Below are positions 9,936-20,600 of a DNA stretch of 64,000 bases, in pieces. Source of the DNA: Candidatus Cloacimonadales bacterium (lineage in GTDB: Bacteria; Cloacimonadota; Cloacimonadia; Cloacimonadales; DAONDQ01); the NCBI GenBank assembly GCA_963662275.1, contig OY759316.1, positions 2,784,001 to 2,848,000 of the forward strand. The letters are read 5' to 3'. The notes below the pieces were generated by a model. The model worked only from the letters and a program-made list of their open reading frames with translations, was not told the origin of the DNA and searched no databases. The translations under genes were made by a program, and so were the position numbers. Each line of letters starts with the position of its first letter. The first letter of the stretch is position 1.

Positions 9936-11300
9936 TTAATTCTTAATTCTTAATTCTCTAGTCTTTAAGTAATCATTAATTGTAGCACGTTCCTTATCAA
10001 ATCCTGGTTTTCCCATCATGGCATAAGTAGCAATTTTTCCAGCTTCAACACCTGGCTGGTCGAGTGGATCAATCTGGAGCAGTTTCCCTGTGAATACTGT
10101 TTGAACTTCGAACATGAAGATAAAAGCTCCAATTGATTTTTCATCGAGTTTATCAAAAGTAATATTTGCATTCGGTCTACCTGCATCGGTTAAAGCAATT
10201 TCAGTGGCTAGTCTTTCTGTGTTGAGAAGCAAACTCAGCTTCTTACCACCGAGATAATGAACTTCTTCCCGGTCAGGATAAAGGTCTGGAATTTCATAAT
10301 CATAACCGAATTTTGATACGGTTAGGAAAGTAAAGACCTTATCATTTGGTCCTTCAGTATACAATTGCACTTGTGAATGCTGATCAGTAGTGCCTAGAGC
10401 CTTTACCGGTGTTTGGCCAACAAAGACTTCCCTTCCCTGCTTATCATATTTTTTTCCCAAACTTTCTGCCCACAGTTGACGATACCAGTCAGCCATATCA
10501 TATAAGGCATTGGCATAGGGCATCATAACAGAGATATTCTTACCATTGCGCATATACTGATAGTGCAGAAAACCATTGAAATATGCTGGATTCTTCCAAA
10601 TATTCTTTGATTCACAGATTACTCTCATATCAGCAGCACCTTTCAATAAACCGCTAATATCTATTCCAGCAAAGGCACAGGAAACAAGTCCGACATCAGA
10701 TAAAACAGAAAAACGTCCGCCAACATTGCCTGGAACTTCAAAGTCCTGGTAGCCTTCCTTCCGCACAATATCTCTTAAAAAACCCTTATCTTTATCTGTT
10801 GTAATAACTAAATGTTCTTTATAAGCTTGCGGAAATGTATCCTTGAGAATCTTCATCAGGATGAGAAATACCGACATCGTTTCAGCAGTTGTACCGGATT
10901 TGGTAATAACATTAAAAAGCGTTCTATTCAAATCAACCACATCCAGAATCTCTTTTAACATTAATGGATCAACATTATCAGCTACAATGACTTTTCGCGG
11001 TAATTGTTTTTCCACTTTCAGAGCTGAATAAATGGCTTTATTTCCCAGGGCTGAACCACCAATACCAAGAACAACCATTGTATCGAACTTTGTTTTAATC
11101 TTATCGAGATAAGTAGTGATATGAGATATATCCTGGTCAGGTAAATCGTAAAAACCAAGTTTCCCCTGCTTTCGCTCAGTCATGATTTCCTGGTGAATAC
11201 TTTTAATCTGCAGATCAGACTGATCAATCAGATCTTTAGAAATACCACTCCTGATTTTTTGTGAATGAAGAAAATTCTGATAATCAAAATGAATCAGCAT
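9936..11300 (-). CDS. pgi: Glucose-6-phosphate isomerase
   Basis: GIGGSALG, KSGTTAET, VGGRFSV, QLWAESLGK, DQHS and DQPGVEAGK motifs. Confidence 0.96.
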   Translation of the reverse strand: MLIHFDYQNFLHSQKIRSGISKDLIDQSDLQIKSIHQEIMTERKQGKLGFYDLPDQDISHITTYLDKIKTKFDTMVVLGIGGSALGNKAIYSALKVEKQLPRKVIVADNVDPLMLKEILDVVDLNRTLFNVITKSGTTAETMSVFLILMKILKDTFPQAYKEHLVITTDKDKGFLRDIVRKEGYQDFEVPGNVGGRFSVLSDVGLVSCAFAGIDISGLLKGAADMRVICESKNIWKNPAYFNGFLHYQYMRNGKNISVMMPYANALYDMADWYRQLWAESLGKKYDKQGREVFVGQTPVKALGTTDQHSQVQLYTEGPNDKVFTFLTVSKFGYDYEIPDLYPDREEVHYLGGKKLSLLLNTERLATEIALTDAGRPNANITFDKLDEKSIGAFIFMFEVQTVFTGKLLQIDPLDQPGVEAGKIATYAMMGKPGFDKERATINDYLKTRELRIKN

Positions 11301-11313
11301 ACTCGCTCCTTAT

Positions 11314-13017
11314 TTAGATTATTTCTAAGATTGTCTGAATTTCTGCCAAAGAAGATGAACATGATATATGTTCAAACCTTTCCCTGATACTATCATCAAA
11401 ACGAAGAATCCTATCTTTTACCATGAGAAATTGTTTGGGATTTACACTTAGCTCATCCACTCCCATAGCTAATAGTAAATTGATGTATTGAGGATCAGAA
11501 GCCATCTCACCACAAACCGACACCTTTAATCCTTTCATATGGGCTTGTTCCACTGTATTTTTAATTAATGTTAAAACAGCCGGATGGTATGCTTGATAAT
11601 ATGGAGCTACAATGTCATTATTCCTATCAACAGCAAGTGAATATTGGACAAGATCGTTGGTTCCGATACTGAAAAAATCACATTGCTCTGCCAAGCTAGA
11701 TGCACAAAGAGCAGCAGAAGGGATTTCAATCATTGCACCAATATCAATCTTTTTCGAGAAGGTCTTACCTTCCTTTTCCAATTCCCTGGCACACTCATCA
11801 ACAAACTGTCTTCCAACCTGCATATCTTCCCTTCCAATAATCATAGGAAACATGATCTTGATGTTGCCAAACACCGAAGCGCGTAAAATAGCACGTATTT
11901 GTGTTCTGAAAATATCTTTATGCTTCAGTGAAAAACGAATACCCCGGCATCCAAGATAAGGGTTTTCTTCTTTATCCAGGTTTAGAAGATGTGAAAGCTT
12001 ATCACCTCCTAAATCAAAAGTCCGGATAATGACAGGTTTGCTTCCTAATTTCTCGGTAATATTTTTATATACTTCATATTGTGATTCTTCTGAAGGCAAA
12101 ACAGCTTGATCAAGATATAAATATTCGGTTCTAAAAAGACCAATTCCATCAATTTCATACTGAAGAATGGCATCTATTTCTTCTGTAAAACCAAGATTTG
12201 CCATAAGTTGAATACGTTTCCCGGATGCCGTTATTGTTTCTCTACTTTCAACAGATTTTAATGAATCATAACTAACCTTTAAATCTTCCCTTCTCTTCTT
12301 ATAAATGCCTAATTGATCATTATTCGGTTCTCTTATAACATCTCCGGTAATGGCATCAACGATGACACATGAATTTTCCACACTATGTTCAAGCAGGGAA
12401 GGAATGGCAACGATAAAAGGGATTCCAAAGGCACGTGCCAAGATTGCACTATGCGATGTCTGACTTCCTTTTTCAGTGCAGATCGCCTTGACCTTTGCTT
12501 TCGCAAAAACAGATACTTGGGTCGGTGTTATTTCTTTCGCAAAAATAATGGCATCAGGATCTGGAATTGGTTGTTCACACTTGCCGGATTCAACCAAGTA
12601 ATCCAATAAAATATGTGAAACATCTATAAAATCGCTTGCTCTCTGAGCAAAAAAATCGTTCTTCATATTTTGAAAGTACTGTACAAGATAATTATAGTGT
12701 TTGGATACAGCCTGTTCAACTGTTAGTAATTCATCATTAATCAATGTTTGAATAGCTTTCTTAATATCAGGATCTTGAAGAATCATCTTTTGTGACTCGA
12801 AGATTTCCTTATCTTGTTTTGAATTTGCATATTCTTCGATAAAACGATCTGTTTTCTGAAGCACTTCTTCCAATGTAATTTCTAACTTGTGTAATTCAGC
12901 TTCTCTTTGCTCAGGATGTATTTTCAAAGTACTGATTTGATATATTTTAGGTCTGGTTATTCTAATATTACCAATGGCAATACCCGGTGAAACAGGAATT
13001 CCGTGCAAGGCATCCAC
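11314..13017 (-). CDS. ptsI: PTS enzyme I (PEP-protein phosphotransferase)
   Basis: TSHSAILAR, GIGLFRTE, RTFDLGGDK, FSIGTNDL and VCGEMA motifs. Confidence 0.96.
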   Translation of the reverse strand: MDALHGIPVSPGIAIGNIRITRPKIYQISTLKIHPEQREAELHKLEITLEEVLQKTDRFIEEYANSKQDKEIFESQKMILQDPDIKKAIQTLINDELLTVEQAVSKHYNYLVQYFQNMKNDFFAQRASDFIDVSHILLDYLVESGKCEQPIPDPDAIIFAKEITPTQVSVFAKAKVKAICTEKGSQTSHSAILARAFGIPFIVAIPSLLEHSVENSCVIVDAITGDVIREPNNDQLGIYKKRREDLKVSYDSLKSVESRETITASGKRIQLMANLGFTEEIDAILQYEIDGIGLFRTEYLYLDQAVLPSEESQYEVYKNITEKLGSKPVIIRTFDLGGDKLSHLLNLDKEENPYLGCRGIRFSLKHKDIFRTQIRAILRASVFGNIKIMFPMIIGREDMQVGRQFVDECARELEKEGKTFSKKIDIGAMIEIPSAALCASSLAEQCDFFSIGTNDLVQYSLAVDRNNDIVAPYYQAYHPAVLTLIKNTVEQAHMKGLKVSVCGEMASDPQYINLLLAMGVDELSVNPKQFLMVKDRILRFDDSIRERFEHISCSSSLAEIQTILEII

Positions 13018-13283
13018 TATTCTTCCCCGAATTTACTGGAAAAAAGCTCGGTGATTTCTTCTAATAAATATTCTTCATCCACTCCATTTGCTACAAGATC
13101 TAATTCTGCCTGAAATTCAGCAGCTAACATCATGACGCCCATAATACTCTTACCATTGATACGCATTCCTTCTTTTTCGATAAAGAAATCAGAGCGATAT
13201 TTTGTTGCAGCCTTCACCAATAAGGCAGATGGTCTTGCGTGTAAACCCAATTTATTGGAGACGGTAATAGTTTTTTTCAACAT
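13017..13283 (-). CDS. ptsH: Phosphocarrier protein HPr
   Basis: GLHARP (His15) and KSIMGVM (Ser46). Confidence 0.97.
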   Translation of the reverse strand: MLKKTITVSNKLGLHARPSALLVKAATKYRSDFFIEKEGMRINGKSIMGVMMLAAEFQAELDLVANGVDEEYLLEEITELFSSKFGEE

Positions 13284-13310
13284 AAAATCCTTTACAACTA
13301 TCTTTTATTT

Positions 13311-13339
13311 AATTTAATAAACCGACAATGTTATGTCAA
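13311..13339 (-). promoter_or_regulatory. Putative sigma70 promoter for ptsH-ptsI-pgi
   Basis: Minus strand reads TTGACA-17 nt-TAAATT. Confidence 0.5.
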
Positions 13340-13346
13340 TAAATCT

Positions 13347-14339
13347 CTATCCGGGGAAGTTATCTATTCCTTGCTCTGTAATGGCATTCCTAAGTCTTGT
13401 TTTGCGTTTTATCTCTTCCTGGAGTTTCTTGGCATAATCCTCAGCAGCATCATATCCATATTTCTTGAGAATCATATTCATCGCAGCTACTTCTACGATT
13501 ACAGAGACACTTTTCCCTGGTGAAACGGGTAAATATATAATCGGAATATGTACTCCCAGATGTTCAACATAATTACTAGTCAAACCTATTCTTTCATAAT
13601 CCATATTCTCTTGCCAAGGCATTAACTCAATCTGTAGATCAATGTCCTTAGTTTGCTTGACCCGTTGAATGCCAAACATCTTTTCAACATTCACCAATCC
13701 TACTCCCCTGATTTCCATGAAATGTCCAAAGTCTCGTGATGGCTGTCCAACGAGGAGATCATCAATCAGTTTTATGGTCACTGAATCATCAGAAATAAGG
13801 CTATGCCCGCGGCTTACCAGATCGAGAGCACATTCGCTTTTTCCAATACCGCTTTTACCGGTTAAGATAATACCTAATCCAAATACATCTATCAAAGTGG
13901 CATGAATTGTCTTCTCTGGAGCATAATAATCATTGAGATATTTTCCCAGTGTACGGATGAGATTGATTGTTGATAATCTGCTGGAAAGGATGGCGATATT
14001 GCTTTCATTCGCCAACTGTTCAATCTTAGTGGGAAAAGAAAGACCCTTCGTAATCACAATTAGAGGTATAGCATTAGTAAATAATTCCCTCATCCTCTCA
14101 TAGTAGATACTTTCCTTCAAGGATTGAAGATAGGATATTTCTGTTTCTCCAATGATCTGGACACGATCTGCAGCAAATCTCTCAAAGTAACCTGCTAAAG
14201 CTAAACCGGGACGATTTAATTGGGGTGAACTGATCTTGTTATCCAATGTTTTAGGTTCTGTAATCATGGATAAGGCAAAATCTTTCTTTTTTGTTTCGAA
14301 AAAATCTTTGATGAGAATTTCTTTCATGCTAAGCTCCAA
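13347..14339 (-). CDS. hprK: HPr(Ser) kinase/phosphatase (likely ATG start at 14327)
   Basis: NRPGLALAGY, GKSGIGKSECAL, MEIRGVG and PVSPGK motifs. Confidence 0.96.
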   Translation of the reverse strand: MELSMKEILIKDFFETKKKDFALSMITEPKTLDNKISSPQLNRPGLALAGYFERFAADRVQIIGETEISYLQSLKESIYYERMRELFTNAIPLIVITKGLSFPTKIEQLANESNIAILSSRLSTINLIRTLGKYLNDYYAPEKTIHATLIDVFGLGIILTGKSGIGKSECALDLVSRGHSLISDDSVTIKLIDDLLVGQPSRDFGHFMEIRGVGLVNVEKMFGIQRVKQTKDIDLQIELMPWQENMDYERIGLTSNYVEHLGVHIPIIYLPVSPGKSVSVIVEVAAMNMILKKYGYDAAEDYAKKLQEEIKRKTRLRNAITEQGIDNFPG

Positions 14340-14363
14340 AAAAGGGGGGTTTTATCCCCCCTT
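14338..14363 (-). terminator. Intrinsic terminator after hpf
   Basis: Minus strand reads AAGGGGGG-ATAAAA-CCCCCCTT-TTTT. Confidence 0.7.
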
Positions 14364-14375
14364 GATAACGAAAAC

Positions 14376-14912
14376 TTAAGGTTCAAGAAGTTTGAAATGG
14401 TCATCGTCCTTCTTAATGAGAACGTTGATCGTATCAGTCTCCACATTTTTAAAGAAAAAGAAGTTATCTTCACCAAGTTCCAAGGCTTCGAGAGCTTCCT
14501 GTACCGTCATAATTTCCGGGACGACCCGCTTTGTTTTAATTAGTTTTCGAGGTCGATCACTGTCTTCCTTCATAAATAAATGAGCTCTTGAATAATACTC
14601 GGTGTTCTCTTTCAAACTCTTTTTCTGGTGATCTGTCACTCGATCCTTGAGTTTTTTGATTTGACCTTCCATTTTTTCGATAGTATTGTCAATAGCTAAA
14701 TACATGTCCATTTCTTCAGAATCACTTTGAAGAGTAAACTTAGAGGCGTGGAGGGATATTTCGCAGAGATTTCTGCTATTTTCCAAAGTCAAGGTAACAT
14801 GCAGATTAATGATGTGATCAAAATACCTACTAAATTTCTCACACGCTGATTCTACATAGTCACGAATCGCTTTGGTCAGTTCGAAATGCCGGGCAGTAAT
14901 TGTTATTTGCAT
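14376..14912 (-). CDS. hpf: Ribosome hibernation factor, long HPF/RaiA type
   Basis: MQITITARHFELT...DMYLAID...K plus a C-terminal MTVQEAL..L domain. Confidence 0.93.
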   Translation of the reverse strand: MQITITARHFELTKAIRDYVESACEKFSRYFDHIINLHVTLTLENSRNLCEISLHASKFTLQSDSEEMDMYLAIDNTIEKMEGQIKKLKDRVTDHQKKSLKENTEYYSRAHLFMKEDSDRPRKLIKTKRVVPEIMTVQEALEALELGEDNFFFFKNVETDTINVLIKKDDDHFKLLEP

Positions 14913-14926
14913 GGCTCCGTCCTCCT

Positions 14927-15805
14927 TTAGGTAGATTTCATATATTCTCGGGCTTTTTCAGCATGATAAGAACTACGTACCAATGGTCCACTTTCCACAT
15001 GCAGAAAACCCATTTTCTTTCCTTCCTCACGATAGAATTCAAAAACATCCGGATGCACATATTCAACAACAGGATAATGATGCTTCGTTGGGGCAATATA
15101 TTGTCCAATAGTTAAAATATCGCATCCGCTTTTTCGTAGATCGGACATCACTTGAATCACTTCTTCCTGATTTTCCCCTAAACCAACCATCATTCCGCTT
15201 TTTGTCATTAATCCGGGAACATATCTCCTGGTTTCTGAGATAACTCCTAATGATCGTTGATAATTTGCCTGTGGTCTTACAGCCGGATAAAGTCTGGAAA
15301 TCGTCTCAATGTTATGATTCAGGATATCAGGATGTGCATCGAGAATCGTATGAAGTGCGGTCATATCTCCTTGGAGATCCGATATTAGAACTTCAATCGT
15401 GGTTTCAATTTTACAATTGGATCTTATTTCATTCATAACTTTAACAAAATGTGAAGCACCTCCATCGGGAAGATCGTCTCTAGTGACAGTTGTCAAAACG
15501 ATATGCTTGAGCTGTAAAATTCGAGACATCTCACCTATTGCCTTAGGTTCGTTTTCATCAGGTTGTAATGTAAGTTTATTTTTATCAATAGCACAAAAAA
15601 GACAGTTCCTGGTACAGATATCACCCAGTAATAGAAAAGTAGCAGTTCCGTTCTCAAAGCATTCACCTTTGTTTGGACATTGAGCACTTTGACAGACACT
15701 ATGCAGATTATTTTGTCTGAGTTGACTTGAGATTTCATTTGTTCTTTTTGAACCCAGTTTATTGGCTTTCAGCCATGCTGGTTTTCTTAATTCTGACATT
15801 TTCAA
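14927..15805 (-). CDS. lipA: Lipoyl synthase
   Basis: CQSAQCPNKGEC, CTRNCLFC and VRSSYHA motifs. Confidence 0.97.
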   Translation of the reverse strand: MKMSELRKPAWLKANKLGSKRTNEISSQLRQNNLHSVCQSAQCPNKGECFENGTATFLLLGDICTRNCLFCAIDKNKLTLQPDENEPKAIGEMSRILQLKHIVLTTVTRDDLPDGGASHFVKVMNEIRSNCKIETTIEVLISDLQGDMTALHTILDAHPDILNHNIETISRLYPAVRPQANYQRSLGVISETRRYVPGLMTKSGMMVGLGENQEEVIQVMSDLRKSGCDILTIGQYIAPTKHHYPVVEYVHPDVFEFYREEGKKMGFLHVESGPLVRSSYHAEKAREYMKST

Positions 15806-15836
15806 ATCCTTTTTAACAGTACCAAATATAATATAG

Positions 15837-17237
15837 TTATACTTGATGAATAGACAAGGAAAGAGTGTCTTCTATAGATTCACCTATTACTTCTGATAAT
15901 GTTGGATGTGCAAAGACAATTTCCATAACTTCATGATTAGATATTTTCTTTCCGATCAGAATTGCTCCCTGGGCAATCAATTCTGTTGCTGAAGGTCCGA
16001 TGATATGCATACCCACGAGAGTACCGTTCTGTTCATCAACAATCGTCTTTACAAATCCAAAGGAAGCTCCCAATCCAAGCGCTTTTCCATTTGCACTGAA
16101 TGGAAATTTTCCCACTTTCACTGTACTATATCTTTGAAGCGCTTCTTTTTCAGTCAAACCTACAGAAGCAATTTCCGGATTCGTGAAAGTACATCTCGGT
16201 ATATTTTCGTAATTTAAAGGTGCTATTGTTTCATCTTCACGAGCAAGTCTTCTGCGAATGATCTCTGCTGCTAACAGCCCTTGCTTGCTTGCCACATGTG
16301 CAAGTTGAAGTTTTCCAGTGATGTCCCCGATAGCGAAGATATTCGGTAAATTTGTTTCCATTTTATCATCGATCGTTATCCGACCCTTATCTTTAATCAA
16401 ATCCATTCCTGAGACTTCAATTGTGAAAGGTAAATCACGACCAACACTCACCAGCACTTTCTCTGCAATGATCTCTTTCCCATTAGAAGTATATAAATGG
16501 ATGCCGTCATCCATTTGTTGAAATTGTTCAACTCCTGCACCAGTGTTGATTTTCACCCCGGCTTTCTTGAATGCCATGGTCATCCTCTTTCCAACTTCAT
16601 CGTCTTCAGTTGTTAAAAGACTGGGTAAAAACTCGATAATTTCTACTTTTACACCGAATTGCATAAAGATGGAAGCAAACTCACAGCCAATAACCCCTCC
16701 CCCAATGATTGCCAGGCTCTGCGGTAAGGCTTGTAATGCCAGGATATCAGTTGAAGATAGAATCTTCTTACCATCAAATGGCATAAATGGCAATGACTTA
16801 GGGGTTGAACCGGTAGCAAGGATAACAAAATCAGCACTTACTTCAGTGCCTTCCAAGGTTGAGATTGCGTATTTATCTTCATTCTTGATGATTTTAATCA
16901 CAGTTTCTTTCAAAGTATCTATCTTTCTTTTCCTGAATATGAATTCAACACCACTGACAAGTTTCTCCACTATTTCATTCTTGCGGGAATTGACTTTTTC
17001 ATAGTCAAGAGACACATCATGAACCTGAATTCCAAATTGGTCTGCTTCGTGAATTTCACCATATAAATCAGCAACTTTCACAAGCGCTTTCGTAGGAATG
17101 CAACCCCAGTTAAGGCATACTCCACCTAAGCGATCTTTTTCAAAAACAACAGCATTGATCCCGTATTGGTTCAATCGAATGGCAGTAACATAACCACCCG
17201 GTCCACCACCAATAATAGCAACTTGATAATGCTTCAC
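15837..17237 (-). CDS. lpdA: Dihydrolipoyl dehydrogenase
   Basis: GGGPGGY, GGVCLNWGCIPTK and HPTLSE motifs. Confidence 0.97.
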   Translation of the reverse strand: MKHYQVAIIGGGPGGYVTAIRLNQYGINAVVFEKDRLGGVCLNWGCIPTKALVKVADLYGEIHEADQFGIQVHDVSLDYEKVNSRKNEIVEKLVSGVEFIFRKRKIDTLKETVIKIIKNEDKYAISTLEGTEVSADFVILATGSTPKSLPFMPFDGKKILSSTDILALQALPQSLAIIGGGVIGCEFASIFMQFGVKVEIIEFLPSLLTTEDDEVGKRMTMAFKKAGVKINTGAGVEQFQQMDDGIHLYTSNGKEIIAEKVLVSVGRDLPFTIEVSGMDLIKDKGRITIDDKMETNLPNIFAIGDITGKLQLAHVASKQGLLAAEIIRRRLAREDETIAPLNYENIPRCTFTNPEIASVGLTEKEALQRYSTVKVGKFPFSANGKALGLGASFGFVKTIVDEQNGTLVGMHIIGPSATELIAQGAILIGKKISNHEVMEIVFAHPTLSEVIGESIEDTLSLSIHQV

Positions 17238-18694
17238 TGGATTCTCCTCAATCGACTATTCAAAACACCCATTTCATCTCGATATTTAGCCACGATACGC
17301 CTGGATATATTCAATCCATCATCCTTAAGCATATCAACAAGTTCCTTATCACTGATAGGGTTTGATTTGTCTTCCACATCAATATACTTATGAATGAGAG
17401 ATTTCACTCTTTGCCGTGAAACAGATTCATAATTATCATCTCTTCCGGCAGTTGAGCTGAAGAAATTCTTTAGGGGAATAACTCCAAATGGTGTATCTGC
17501 ATATTTATGCCTGACAACACGAGAGATTGTAGATTCACTGACATCCAAGTCCTGTGCAATAAAAGAATATGTTAACGGCACCAATACTCCCGATGATCTA
17601 TAAAAGAAATCATGTTGATGCTTAATGATAGATTGCGTGACCCTTTCCAAAGTCCGCATACGCATATACATGGATTTGATGAGGAACTTGGCAGAATTTA
17701 TTTTCTCTCTAACAAATTGAATCGTTTCCCGATCATACTGCTTTCGATTGATCATCTTCTTGTAGCGCGGATTCAGAATGATATTTGGCGTAAGAGAATC
17801 ATTCACAATCACTTCAAAATCATCATCGATTTCCTTGATGATCACGTCAGGAATGATGTAGTTTTCGGAAGCAGTACCAATTCGCAATCCAGGTTTGGGA
17901 TCCAGTTTCGCAATTTGATTTCTGCAATTCAGTACTTGTTCTTCATTGATACCTTGATTGGATGCAATCCTCTGATAACGTCGATGTATCAGATTTTCAA
18001 ATTCATAGGTTATGATATTCACTAATTTATCATTCATAAGTTGCTCTTCATTCAATTGCACTAATAAACATTCCTGGATATTTTGTGCTGTGATACCAGA
18101 TGGATCAAGATGAAGAATGATCTGGTGAATTTCAAGTGCTCTCTCAGGCAAAATATCATAATCTGAGGCACTCTCAATAACACTATATCCCTCTGGAAGA
18201 AATCCATGTTGGTTAACGCTGTCAAGCAAATCTGTAGCATAATCGAGTTCATCATCTGTCAGATGAAGTGAATAAAGTTGCTGTAAAAAAACCACTTTCC
18301 CTTCAACAATGTAGGGCATATACATTTCAGGTCCCATCTCATCACTATCAGTACTTCTTGATGAAATCTCATGATGATAATCATTCCAGTTATCGAGAAT
18401 TTCGCTGAGTTCTTTTACTTCCTCGACATTCTTGGACATATCATTTTCTACATCATCTTCAATATCTGTTTCACTTTCTTTGGATGTTTCCGGTTCCACT
18501 TCACTGATATCATCTTCACTATCCCGATCTTCACGCATTTCCAACAGCGGATTTGTAATCAGCTCCTGTTTCAGATGTTGTTCTAACTCCATAATAGGCA
18601 TAGCTAGCATTTGCAGAGATTGAAGCATTTTAGGCTTCAGTTCCTGCTTCATCTTCAACCCCTGGTAGAGATTTAAAGAATGATAATTAGCCAT
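17234..18694 (-). CDS. rpoN: RNA polymerase sigma-54 factor
   Basis: LQSLQMLAMP region I; SESTISR helix-turn-helix; RpoN box SRRIVAKYR. Confidence 0.96.
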   Translation of the reverse strand: MANYHSLNLYQGLKMKQELKPKMLQSLQMLAMPIMELEQHLKQELITNPLLEMREDRDSEDDISEVEPETSKESETDIEDDVENDMSKNVEEVKELSEILDNWNDYHHEISSRSTDSDEMGPEMYMPYIVEGKVVFLQQLYSLHLTDDELDYATDLLDSVNQHGFLPEGYSVIESASDYDILPERALEIHQIILHLDPSGITAQNIQECLLVQLNEEQLMNDKLVNIITYEFENLIHRRYQRIASNQGINEEQVLNCRNQIAKLDPKPGLRIGTASENYIIPDVIIKEIDDDFEVIVNDSLTPNIILNPRYKKMINRKQYDRETIQFVREKINSAKFLIKSMYMRMRTLERVTQSIIKHQHDFFYRSSGVLVPLTYSFIAQDLDVSESTISRVVRHKYADTPFGVIPLKNFFSSTAGRDDNYESVSRQRVKSLIHKYIDVEDKSNPISDKELVDMLKDDGLNISRRIVAKYRDEMGVLNSRLRRIQ

Positions 18695-19442
18695 TATGTT
18701 CTTTTTCCCATGGATTACTCATAAAACTATTACCCAGATACACTTTACGTGCCTGTTCGTTATTCACTAATTCCTCTGTTGGTCCGGATACAATAATCTG
18801 TCCTTCAAATATAATATAAGCCCTATCCACTATTTTCATTGTTTCGAGTACATTATGATCGGTGATCATAATACCAATCTTCTTTGCTTTTAATTTATGT
18901 ATGATATCCTGGATGTCCGCAACTGCGATGGGATCCACACCGGCAAAAGGTTCATCCATAAACAGGAAAGATGGATTTGTGACAAGGGAACGAGTGATTT
19001 CCAATTTACGTCTCTCTCCCCCAGATAATGTATAAGCCTTTTGGTCGGCTAATTTAGTAAGATTTAGTTCTTCCAGGTACTCTTCCAGTTTATGAATTCG
19101 TTCTTTTTTGGGTAGCCCAAGAGTTTCCAGGATCGCCATGATATTTTCTGCAACTGTCATTTTATGAAAAATTGAGGGCGCTTGCGCCAAGTAACCAATA
19201 CCTAGTTGTGCCCTTTTATACATAGGTTTACGGGTAATATCAACATCATTGAAAAAAACTTTTCCAGCATTTGGCTTCGTTAATCCTAAAATCATATAAA
19301 AGGTTGTAGTCTTACCGGCACCGTTCGGTCCTAAGATGCCAACAACCTCACCTTGTTTGATATCAAGACTGAGTTTATTCACGACTTTGCGTTTACCGTA
19401 AATTTTTATTAATTCACGTGCTTCTATTTTATTCTGATCCAT
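18687..19442 (-). CDS. lptB: LPS export ABC transporter ATPase
   Basis: GPNGAGKTT, LSGGERR, DEPFAGVDP and TDHNV motifs; position next to rpoN. Confidence 0.96.
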   Translation of the reverse strand: MDQNKIEARELIKIYGKRKVVNKLSLDIKQGEVVGILGPNGAGKTTTFYMILGLTKPNAGKVFFNDVDITRKPMYKRAQLGIGYLAQAPSIFHKMTVAENIMAILETLGLPKKERIHKLEEYLEELNLTKLADQKAYTLSGGERRKLEITRSLVTNPSFLFMDEPFAGVDPIAVADIQDIIHKLKAKKIGIMITDHNVLETMKIVDRAYIIFEGQIIVSGPTEELVNNEQARKVYLGNSFMSNPWEKEHNG

Positions 19443-19472
19443 AACTAGATTTTACCTTATATAGCGTATTTG

Positions 19473-20600
19473 TCAAGTTTTGTTATTTTGAAATTTGTAT
19501 TTGCCTTTGATTTTTTTATGCATTTTCATTAGTTGTACTTTATTATCAGGTTTAAATAATATCGTTAGCTGCATTCCAGTTGCTTCATTATTCGCATAAT
19601 CCTGCTTATCCGTTTTTTCCTGTTCAAAATGATATGACACGTTCTCTTCTGCATCAAATCGTTTGATTTCCCGATTCTCGAAAGTCATTTTGATATAATT
19701 GGCTTTACACCAATTTGTCGGTGCTTTTCCTTCTATTTCTGAAAAATGCACAATACAGGAGTCCTGTAATTCTGCCCTGGTTAATTCCCGTTTATCAAAA
19801 TATAAGTAAAAATTGACTGCTTCCGCATCGCCAAAAGTAGAATACAGCTTGGGACTGCCTGAAAAGACTGCCTTATTCTCATGATTCAGATAAATCAGGA
19901 AATCACTGGTCGTATGATAATCGGTGGTACTCGTTCTAACATTGAATGTAGCTATTAGCTTCGAAAACTGACGGAAATACTCCATCTTATCTGCAGTTAT
20001 CCGAATTGAATCTTCACCTGTTACATAGACGACAGGATTTTTGATCAAATAGCCATAGCCATCTTTTTCCTGGTACATGAAATACCCGCAGCTACCATTC
20101 ATGTTTTCCTTTTGATCATAAAAGGATACTTGATCCCAACAAATGAGTTTCTTTTCCTGGGGATGATATTCAGCCTGATTTGATCTGAAGGTTCGGATAC
20201 TCTTATCCCGATGGGTTTCTTTGGCATATACGTGGCTGCCTAAGTTCATTTTATCCTGCATTCTATAATACATGACCGTATCTGCTTCAAGATAGAGTGT
20301 ATCACGTTTGACTTTTACACTCCCTTCCATGCGGGCAATTTTCTGTTTTTCCCAAAGTATCGAACGATCTGTCCAGAATTCTGCTTCTCCATAAAAGAAA
20401 TGAACGTTCCCTAAAAGTTCAGTAACATATTCATTATTTATTTTATTAAGAAATAGATGATCAGCATTGATTAACTGATAACTCTTATCTTGTGTTGTTT
20501 GAGGCTCAGCTTTAGTTTTTGGTGATGGTGATTGATTTGGAACAGAAAGCAGCAATCCCAGGCTGAAAAGGAATAGGCTACCAATTAATATCTTTTTCAT
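19473..20600 (-). CDS. lptA: LptA/OstA-family beta-jellyroll protein
   Basis: Signal peptide; beta-rich OstA-like repeats; lies between lptC and lptB. Confidence 0.75.
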   Translation of the reverse strand: MKKILIGSLFLFSLGLLLSVPNQSPSPKTKAEPQTTQDKSYQLINADHLFLNKINNEYVTELLGNVHFFYGEAEFWTDRSILWEKQKIARMEGSVKVKRDTLYLEADTVMYYRMQDKMNLGSHVYAKETHRDKSIRTFRSNQAEYHPQEKKLICWDQVSFYDQKENMNGSCGYFMYQEKDGYGYLIKNPVVYVTGEDSIRITADKMEYFRQFSKLIATFNVRTSTTDYHTTSDFLIYLNHENKAVFSGSPKLYSTFGDAEAVNFYLYFDKRELTRAELQDSCIVHFSEIEGKAPTNWCKANYIKMTFENREIKRFDAEENVSYHFEQEKTDKQDYANNEATGMQLTILFKPDNKVQLMKMHKKIKGKYKFQNNKT

